NCBI GenBank assembly: GCA_046047875.1
Contig: JBJOHD010000098.1
Coordinates: 219 to 64,218, forward strand
Reading direction: 5' to 3'
Source: Pseudomonadota bacterium
GTDB lineage: Bacteria > Bdellovibrionota_C > UBA2361
Length of the DNA stretch: 64,000 nucleotides
Shown here piece by piece: positions 57,712-64,000 of this stretch. The first letter of the stretch is position 1. Each line of letters opens with the position of its first letter. The position numbers were made by a program, and so were the translations under genes. The notes beneath the pieces were generated by a model. That model was not told the origin of the DNA. It saw only the letters and a list, made by a program, of their open reading frames with translations, and made no database searches.

Positions 57712-59139
57712 TCAGCCGCTCACCCGCTGATATACCAGCAGGTTGGTTCCGGACGGGAGCCTCCGTCGAAAAACTTTTTTGAGCTCAAACCGCCGATCTC
57801 CCATCATCACGACCTCATGATCCAACTCTTCGGAGAGCCGATCGAGCTTCACCAGATACCACTCCGCACCGCCCGCGGCAGGTTCGCTCTTGGCTAGGTA
57901 GACCAGCGGCTTCGAGAGCTTTAAGCGAGGTATGTAGTAACTCACCAGCAGCTCATTCCCGATATCGTCATCCCCCGCGATAACGACCCCCTCCTCCTCG
58001 GAGTTTTCCGCCATATATTCAAACGCCCGTCGTACCTTTCCCCGACCGATGCCGAAGGCCTCATCCAGCTGGGAGATGCTTCCGTAGCAGCACACCCCGA
58101 GGAGCCCGAGAGCCACCGCCCGGCCCACGAGCCCCGTCGAAAGAAGGCGTGTAAGCAAGCTGCCGAGCACCCCGTAGAGAAGAACCGTCGGTAGAAGAAA
58201 ATAAGCGACCGAGTTGGTACGAACGAGGGGGGAAAGATACCAAAGGTAGGGCGCGACGAAACAACCACCAAGGTACAGCATCCAGTAGCGCGCTCCCCCG
58301 ATGACCATCAGGTAGAGCTCGATGAGAACGAGGATCGCTGCTATCCCAGCTATGAGACGGGCGAGTGAAATCTGCTCGGGGGACACCACCACGTACTCTG
58401 GCCCTCCAACCGCGAGGCTCACCGCAGAGATCGCCGAGTCGAGAAACGGAGTCAGAGCACCGATACTTTCGGGGGGCACCCCGTGGTAAAAATTGAGATA
58501 AATGAGAACGCACGCCGCCACCGGTGCCAGATGACACTTCCCCACGATGTCGACCATTCGCGTGAACCGAGCGCTAAAATGCAGGGAAAGCGACCAGACG
58601 ATCATCGCTGAGAAGAGGAGAACGAAGGTCGGGTGGGAAAGAAAGGCGAGGATGCAAGCGACCCAATAGACGAGTATCCACCGCCAATCCTCCTCACGAA
58701 GATTTGCGTCGAGCGCGGTAAGCGCGATCAGAGCAAAAAAGACGAGGAATCCGAAACCGCGCGCCTCGGTACTGAATGCAATCACCGGGACCGATATTCC
58801 GAAGAGGAGTGCCGCACCAAAGGCATAGACCCCCATCTGTCGCTGGGCGAACCCCCAGAAGAGTGGGATCGCGGCGAGCGCTGCGGTAACCGCGGGGATT
58901 CGATAGAAGAGGTCGCTCTCCTGCGGGGGGATAAGGGTCAAAACAAACGAGTTGAGAAGATGATTGGTGTGGTGCCGATATATCGTGAGGAGCTGTCCGA
59001 GAGAATCGAGGCGCTGCACCGCCTCGATGGCCCACGCTTCATCGAACCAGATATCACCCCGCATGCCGGTGACGCGCAATAAGAGACCGACGAACGACAC
59101 GAAGAGAACGATAACGAGTATAGCGAGACGGTCACTCAC
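57712..59139 (-). CDS. GT-C fold membrane glycosyltransferase (ArnT/PMT-like)
   Basis: 475 aa with >10 TM helices; a DE-type motif in the first extracytoplasmic loop (GDIWFDEAWA). Confidence 0.5.
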   Translation of the reverse strand: MSDRLAILVIVLFVSFVGLLLRVTGMRGDIWFDEAWAIEAVQRLDSLGQLLTIYRHHTNHLLNSFVLTLIPPQESDLFYRIPAVTAALAAIPLFWGFAQRQMGVYAFGAALLFGISVPVIAFSTEARGFGFLVFFALIALTALDANLREEDWRWILVYWVACILAFLSHPTFVLLFSAMIVWSLSLHFSARFTRMVDIVGKCHLAPVAACVLIYLNFYHGVPPESIGALTPFLDSAISAVSLAVGGPEYVVVSPEQISLARLIAGIAAILVLIELYLMVIGGARYWMLYLGGCFVAPYLWYLSPLVRTNSVAYFLLPTVLLYGVLGSLLTRLLSTGLVGRAVALGLLGVCCYGSISQLDEAFGIGRGKVRRAFEYMAENSEEEGVVIAGDDDIGNELLVSYYIPRLKLSKPLVYLAKSEPAAGGAEWYLVKLDRLSEELDHEVVMMGDRRFELKKVFRRRLPSGTNLLVYQRVSG

Positions 59140-59190
59140 CCTGACATTGTACTTGAGGTGTACGAGCCGCAGAAGGGCTAAAGAAAAGCT

Positions 59191-59736
59191 TTAGGCCGGA
59201 AGAAGACCCTCTAACTCCGCCCGATAAAACGCCGCGATCGATTTTGCGTCGTTCAATTCCCCGCTTTTTATCGCTGCGTGCACCGCTCCCACCGACAACG
59301 GCACGACCTCGATGATTTCATCCTCGTCTTGGGGGGCGGATGCGGGAGAGAGCTCGGTCGCCACAAACAGGAACTGCTTCTCATCACAAAATCCAGGAGC
59401 GGGGTAGAGAATCCCAAGCTCTCGCATCGCACCGGCCTGGTGGCCGACCTCTTCAACGATCTCGCGTCGAGCGCACTCAAGGGGGGCTTCCCCCATCTCA
59501 AGTGTTCCGGCGGGGAACTCGAGTATCGCAGCACCGAGGGCGGGTCGAAACTGGCGAATCATTAGGAGCTCGCCGCTCGGACTTACGGGGAGAATCACGA
59601 CCGCACCGGGATGGCGCACCGCTTCAAAGAGGGTGGTGGAGCCCGGCTCAAGCTCAAGCACGCTCTTCTCCACGGTAAATTTCTTTCCGGAGTAGACCTC
59701 CGAGCGCTCAAGGACCCGTGGCTGCAATTTCATCAC
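59191..59736 (-). CDS. NUDIX hydrolase (ADP-ribose pyrophosphatase-like)
   Basis: Nudix box GTLEMGEAPLECARREIVEEVG (Gx5Ex7REUxEExGU). Confidence 0.8.
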   Translation of the reverse strand: MMKLQPRVLERSEVYSGKKFTVEKSVLELEPGSTTLFEAVRHPGAVVILPVSPSGELLMIRQFRPALGAAILEFPAGTLEMGEAPLECARREIVEEVGHQAGAMRELGILYPAPGFCDEKQFLFVATELSPASAPQDEDEIIEVVPLSVGAVHAAIKSGELNDAKSIAAFYRAELEGLLPA

Positions 59737-60806
59737 CCGTCCTGCGCGGTTTTAAAATTGTACAACCGGAGTCCAAGAACGACGGCAAGCGCCAAGGTCA
59801 ACGCCCCGAAGAGCACGTGCAAGCTGGTCAAAAACGGCTCCCGACGGCTCATCACTGCGACAATACCGAGGGTGAACTGCACAGCGACGACCGCGCTCAG
59901 AACGAGCGCCGCACGGGACACCCGCGGACCAGCCTCGCTCCACCGTCGAAGCTTGTAACCGAACGATAAAATTACGGCGGCGACAACGATACCCCACAAA
60001 CGGTGAAATAGGTGGAGTGATATCTGCACCGAATCAACCGGAGCAAATCCGAAGCCCCGGCGCACCTCGTTTATCCCGGCGATCCAGTCCGCCGCAAAAG
60101 AGGGCCACCATACCCCACCCATCGTCGGGAAATCTGGAATCGCGAGTCCCGCCCCCGCATGGCGCATCACCGCGCCGACGATAAGCTGAATATAGATCAC
60201 GGTGAGGACGAGGAGACTCCCTCGAAAATAACGGGACGATGAAACGGCGGGAGCCTCCCCTTGCCGCACAAACCACTCCTTCGATTGACTGTACGCCAAG
60301 ATGATAGTGACGATAAAAAACGTTTGCCCGAGAACTCCGTGGGCCGCGGAGATGGCGGTCGGCAGTTGATAAATCACCGTGAGTCCCCCGAGCACCCCTT
60401 GAAGGATCACCATCCCGAGCGCCGCCGCGGCGAGCCACCGCACCCATCGGCGCCCCTCAACAAACCAGATCCACGCGGCCAATATAACGGTCAACAGACC
60501 AACGAACGAGGCTAAGAGACGGTGTACATGTTCGAAAAATATCGGGCCGATCCAGAGACTCGGGGGAAAGAGAAACATATTCTCCCCGTACGAGGTCGGC
60601 CAGTCGGGGACCGAGAGCCCCGCGTCGTGGCTTGTGACCAGCGCACCCTTGTAGATGAGGAGCGCCACCCACACGGCGACGAAGAGGGTATAACGGGCCA
60701 GACCACGCCGAAACCGGATCGCCCGGCGGGGATTTGCCGTAGAGGGAGCAGCGGATATTGCGTCGTGAAGGGTGTTCATAGCGCCCAAAGTATCGAAAGA
60801 GAGCAC
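59733..60806 (-). CDS. ctaA: Heme A synthase (COX15/CtaA family)
   Basis: 357 aa, 8 TM helices, His residues in TM2/TM6-equivalent positions, typical CtaA length. Confidence 0.65.
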   Translation of the reverse strand: MLSFDTLGAMNTLHDAISAAPSTANPRRAIRFRRGLARYTLFVAVWVALLIYKGALVTSHDAGLSVPDWPTSYGENMFLFPPSLWIGPIFFEHVHRLLASFVGLLTVILAAWIWFVEGRRWVRWLAAAALGMVILQGVLGGLTVIYQLPTAISAAHGVLGQTFFIVTIILAYSQSKEWFVRQGEAPAVSSSRYFRGSLLVLTVIYIQLIVGAVMRHAGAGLAIPDFPTMGGVWWPSFAADWIAGINEVRRGFGFAPVDSVQISLHLFHRLWGIVVAAVILSFGYKLRRWSEAGPRVSRAALVLSAVVAVQFTLGIVAVMSRREPFLTSLHVLFGALTLALAVVLGLRLYNFKTAQDG

Positions 60807-60957
60807 CGGTTATGTCAACGTCCCGCCCCACGATCGGACCGACTTGACCGCCAAAAGCTCCCCGGAAAGCGGTAACTTAGCTAACTGATTCCGCGATGAG
60901 GCACGCCGTGACCCGGCAGCGGGGTCCGCGTGTTGCCTTAAACCCGCAATTCATTTA

Positions 60958-61518
60958 ATGTGCTTTCTACCCATTTCGGGGTCGGACGGGTCCCGGGCGA
61001 GCTTCCCCCCAGAAGGCGCGCTGCAGACCCGCCGATTTTTTTCTTGGGAGAGTCCGACAGTGCCATCACTCCAACACGTTATCGTTGCCGTCTATAGTTT
61101 CGCCCTCACACTCGCGGTTCAGCCGGCCCACGCGGATACCTGTGCCGAGATATGTGCTGGTCTCGAAATTCAAATCGCTCGCGCAATGCACCGCCGCTCC
61201 GGCTTTGAAGTTCGGGGGCAGCTCGCGAACCGCACCCTCACCCGCCGGTTAAATCGCGATATCGCCATCATCGAAAGGCGAATCACCGCGACCAAGCGCC
61301 TCGTCGCTCGTGCGAGTGGAACGACGTACGAGGCCCGTGCCGAACGGCGACTTGAGGATCTATTGCTGCGGCGACAAGCGATCCTCGTCACCGCACGGCG
61401 TCGGGCGAACCGGCTAGCGACCGGTCTACAGTCGGCACTCCACCGAATCGACGCACGTATCGCTGCCTTCCACCAAGACGCCGCTACGCATGGGTGTCCG
61501 GTTGAACCGTCCGCATAG
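60958..61518 (+). CDS. Hypothetical secreted helical protein
   Basis: An internal signal-like segment VIVAVYSFALTLAVQPAHA suggests a later start; Arg/Ala-rich helical. Confidence 0.35.
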   Translation: MCFLPISGSDGSRASFPPEGALQTRRFFSWESPTVPSLQHVIVAVYSFALTLAVQPAHADTCAEICAGLEIQIARAMHRRSGFEVRGQLANRTLTRRLNRDIAIIERRITATKRLVARASGTTYEARAERRLEDLLLRRQAILVTARRRANRLATGLQSALHRIDARIAAFHQDAATHGCPVEPSA

Positions 61519-61561
61519 GTGAGCGACCGTACCTACGGAAAATCTCCCGATATCGGGTAAG

Positions 61562-61679
61562 TAGTGGTTCGACCATTAAATTCTTTCACCGGCAAGGTAA
61601 TAGAATTTATGCTCACCACTAGTCCTGAGTTAGTTTTTCACTCCGCGGGGGTGAAAAAACCTATTTGTCGAAGGGCTAG
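61562..61679 (-). repeat. MITE-like structured repeat, copy 4 (inverted orientation)
   Basis: The reverse complement aligns over ~118 bp with copy 3, including the hairpin (one G-T mismatch) and the TIR-like ends; 65 nt upstream of hldD. Confidence 0.8.
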
Positions 61680-61746
61680 CCCCGCCTCTGCCGTTTCGTC
61701 GCTCGTTGTGGTATAACGCATCCGGTATCCGTCTAAGGGAGATGCC

Positions 61747-62721
61747 GTGATTATCGTAACCGGCGGAGCCGGCTTCATCGGAAGCGCGGTCATCGCTCAA
61801 TTAAACAAAGAGGGGATCCGCGATATCCTCGTCGTCGATTCGCTCGGCGGGGGGGATAAGTGGAAGAATCTTCGGAACCTCTCGTTTATCGACCTTATCC
61901 ATAAAGATCGATTCCATCAGCTCGTGCACGCAAACGAAGCTCCGGTCGCCCGCGCGGTTATCCACATGGGCGCCTGCTCGTCGACAACCGAGACGAACTG
62001 CGACTATCTCCTGACGAATAACTTTCATTACACCCGCGATCTTGCTGAGTGGGCGTTAAAACATCGCTCGCGCTTCATCTATGCGAGCAGTGCAGCCACG
62101 TACGGCGACGGTGCGCTGGGATACGACGACGATCTTCTGGTCATCCCTCAGCTCAAGCCGCTCAATATGTACGGGTATTCCAAGCAACTCTTCGATCTCT
62201 GGGCGCTCGGCGGGGGGCATTTTAAGGAGATCGTTGGGCTTAAGTTTTTCAACGTTTTTGGGCCAAACGAGTACCACAAAGGGGCGATGCGCAGCGTCGT
62301 CCACAAGGCGTTCGGCGAGATCTCCGAAACCGGAAAGATGCGCCTCTTTAAGTCGAACGAGTCACGCTTCCCCGACGGGGGGCAGATGCGCGATTTCGTG
62401 TATGTGAAGGATTGCACCGCGATTATCTCGTGGTTGCTCCACAATCCGAAGGTCAACGGCCTTTTCAATCTCGGCACTGGGATGGCACGCACCTGGAACG
62501 ACCTCGCGAAAGCGGTGTTCGCAGCGATGGGGAAGCCCGCCCAGATCGAATACATCCCGATGCCCCCGCAGCTGGCACGGCAGTATCAGAACTTTACCGA
62601 GGCGACGATGGCGCGACTTATCGCCGCGGGATGCCCAACGCAGTTCCACTCCCTCGAGAACTCGGTGCTGGACTACGTAAAAAACCATCTTCAGGGGAGA
62701 AATCCTTACATCGCCCCGTAA
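61747..62721 (+). CDS. hldD: ADP-L-glycero-D-manno-heptose-6-epimerase
   Basis: IIVTGGAGFIGS Rossmann; YGYSKQLFD (YxxxK); 324 aa. Confidence 0.8.
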   Translation: MIIVTGGAGFIGSAVIAQLNKEGIRDILVVDSLGGGDKWKNLRNLSFIDLIHKDRFHQLVHANEAPVARAVIHMGACSSTTETNCDYLLTNNFHYTRDLAEWALKHRSRFIYASSAATYGDGALGYDDDLLVIPQLKPLNMYGYSKQLFDLWALGGGHFKEIVGLKFFNVFGPNEYHKGAMRSVVHKAFGEISETGKMRLFKSNESRFPDGGQMRDFVYVKDCTAIISWLLHNPKVNGLFNLGTGMARTWNDLAKAVFAAMGKPAQIEYIPMPPQLARQYQNFTEATMARLIAAGCPTQFHSLENSVLDYVKNHLQGRNPYIAP

Positions 62722-62846
62722 AAACTCCCCTGACGGTCGGTTTTTCCGGAGGCCACCAAAGGCCAGGCTGGCCCTAACATATTGTAATCCCTATACATTC
62801 GCGCAAGTCAGCGATCTGAGGGCGCTGGGAACAGGTGGCCACGGAT

Positions 62847-62875
62847 TTGATTTAGGCGTTGAAAACATCTATAAA
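62847..62875 (+). promoter_or_regulatory. Putative sigma70 promoter (TTGATT-17-TATAAA) for rpmH
   Basis: -35 at 62847-62852 and -10 at 62870-62875, 40 nt upstream of the rpmH ATG. Confidence 0.35.
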
Positions 62876-62914
62876 ACCCCACCGACATTAAGTTAATTCG
62901 CCGAAGGCTGTACC

Positions 62915-63076
62915 ATGAAGCGCACATATCAACCGAGCAGAAAAAGCAGAAAGACCACCCACGGCTTTCGGAAGAGAATGTCCACCGCAGGAGGACGGAA
63001 GGTGTTGAACGCCCGCCGTGCTCGCGGCCGCAAGCGGATCTCGGTGACCGCGCCCCGCAAGGGTCACTATCGGTAG
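62915..63076 (+). CDS. rpmH: 50S ribosomal protein L34
   Basis: [44 protein letters not shown]: canonical L34. Below the ORF-track size cut-off; found by reading the sequence. Confidence 0.85.
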   Translation: MKRTYQPSRKSRKTTHGFRKRMSTAGGRKVLNARRARGRKRISVTAPRKGHYR

Positions 63077-63233
63077 TTGGGGAGGCGCTGAGGCTATTCT
63101 CAGCGCCCCGCTTCCTTAAAGCGCCGCACCGCTCTGGGGATGTTTGGTAACGGCGCCGATCGAGTTTTGAGCAACTGAAGGGTTCCCGAGAAACGGATCT
63201 CTTCATGAGCCCGTTCGAGAGTCCGCCCACCGC

Positions 63234-63620
63234 ATGCGCCACGTTCTCCGACTCGCTCCCCAAAATCGAATAAAAAAGAAACGCGACTTCGCCCGTCTTC
63301 AAAGCGGGGGGGGCAAGATCTATTCAAAACACTTTCTCTTTATAATCGGACCGAGCGCTTCAGGGGAAAGCCGGCTGGGGCTTACCGTGACCCGCAAGAT
63401 CGATCCCCGCGCGGTTTACCGCAATCGATTAAAACGACGGCTCCGCGAGGTCTTTCGTCAAGCCCGTCCAGGCCTCGCGGCCCCCCTCGATATCGTCGTG
63501 GTGGCTCGCCAGAGCTCCGGCGAGCTCTCAAGCCGCGATATCGACGCTGAATTTAAAACCGCCCTCAAAGCCCATAAGCTGTGGAAAGAGCCCCCCTCAC
63601 CTTTAACCCCAACCCCCTGA
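63234..63620 (+). CDS. rnpA: Ribonuclease P protein component
   Basis: Follows rpmH; basic; KKRDFARLQSGGGKIYSKHFLF...RNRLKRRLRE is the RnpA RNR motif. Confidence 0.75.
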   Translation: MRHVLRLAPQNRIKKKRDFARLQSGGGKIYSKHFLFIIGPSASGESRLGLTVTRKIDPRAVYRNRLKRRLREVFRQARPGLAAPLDIVVVARQSSGELSSRDIDAEFKTALKAHKLWKEPPSPLTPTP

Positions 63621-63643
63621 GTGCTATAGATATCCAGATAGTC

Positions 63644-63910
63644 ATGGGTCACCGACGAGGTATCGCGTTCGTACACACGCTCCACCGCTGGTATCGGGCG
63701 ATCGTCCCGCCGATCATCGGCGAGGTATGCCGCTTCGAACCGAGCTGCAGTTTCTATGCGGTTGAGGCGATTGAGCGCTACGGGTATCTCCGGGGCAGTG
63801 CGCTCACCGTGCGGCGGCTTATGCGGTGTAATCCGTGGTGCCGCGGAGGACACGATCCGGTCCCCCCGAGAGAAGACGGGGTTGAAAACCGGAGCGTTGC
63901 GAAGAACTGA
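63644..63910 (+). CDS. yidD: Membrane protein insertion efficiency factor
   Basis: YRAIVPPIIGEVCRFEPSCSFYAVEAIERYGYLRGSALTVRRLMRCNPW: the YidD signature with the conserved Cys. The start is set at the internal Met. Confidence 0.8.
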   Translation: MGHRRGIAFVHTLHRWYRAIVPPIIGEVCRFEPSCSFYAVEAIERYGYLRGSALTVRRLMRCNPWCRGGHDPVPPREDGVENRSVAKN

Positions 63911-63934
63911 TAGGAAAGAACTAAGAGTCACGAC

Positions 63935-64000
63935 ATGGAAGATAAACGGACAGCGTTCGCGGTATTCCTCTGCATCATCATCGTGATGTTCTATTCCGAG
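63935..64000 (+). CDS. yidC: Membrane protein insertase YidC (N-terminal fragment; continues past the window)
   Basis: MEDKRTAFAVFLCIIIVMFYSE is a typical YidC N-terminal TM; the position after yidD is conserved. Confidence 0.5.
   Translation, partial: MEDKRTAFAVFLCIIIVMFYSE

Overview
This is a GC-rich (~60%) bacterial chromosomal window from a diderm organism (a Skp/OmpH chaperone, an MltB-like transglycosylase and a Tad/Flp pilus locus are present). It is densely coding, mostly housekeeping. Folate and pterin genes recur: folP, folK, metF, and a queD/PTPS-folE2-SDR cluster next to a ZIP zinc importer. Central metabolism and respiration: GTP-dependent PEP carboxykinase, rpiA, solitary nuoB and nuoI, and heme A synthase. 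Envelope functions: GT2 and GT-C glycosyltransferases, an MBOAT+AlgJ-like O-acetylation pair, an MltB-like lytic transglycosylase and hldD. The replication cluster is tmk-holB-tRNA-binding protein-tatD, with holA downstream of tRNA-Phe(GAA). A roughly 11 kb Tad/Flp pilus locus (cpaE/tadZ, flp, cpaB, cpaF, tadB, a TadC-like fusion, tadE) lies with a hybrid histidine kinase and an unusual response regulator. The origin-proximal rpmH-rnpA-yidD-yidC cluster sits at the 3' end. I found no CRISPR array, no transposase or integrase, and no recognisable defence system. The most unusual signals are non-genic or sub-threshold, and three stand out. First, a ~120 bp MITE-like structured repeat occurs in 4 copies, three of them interleaved with the ZIP-queD-folE2-SDR-DUF3300 module. 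Second, two paralogous promoter + Shine-Dalgarno + small hydrophobic peptide cassettes (30 and 37 aa) sit in otherwise non-coding gaps. Third, a TerB-like gene is frameshifted at a C-homopolymer. Other points worth a look are poly-C tracts downstream of the tRNA, a low-GC secreted Cys/Lys-rich protein paired with a trypsin-like protease, and an atypical Tad locus with no secretin or prepilin peptidase in the window and with fused or extra-domain components. Many long ORFs on the opposite strand of real genes are GC-rich artefacts and are not reported.
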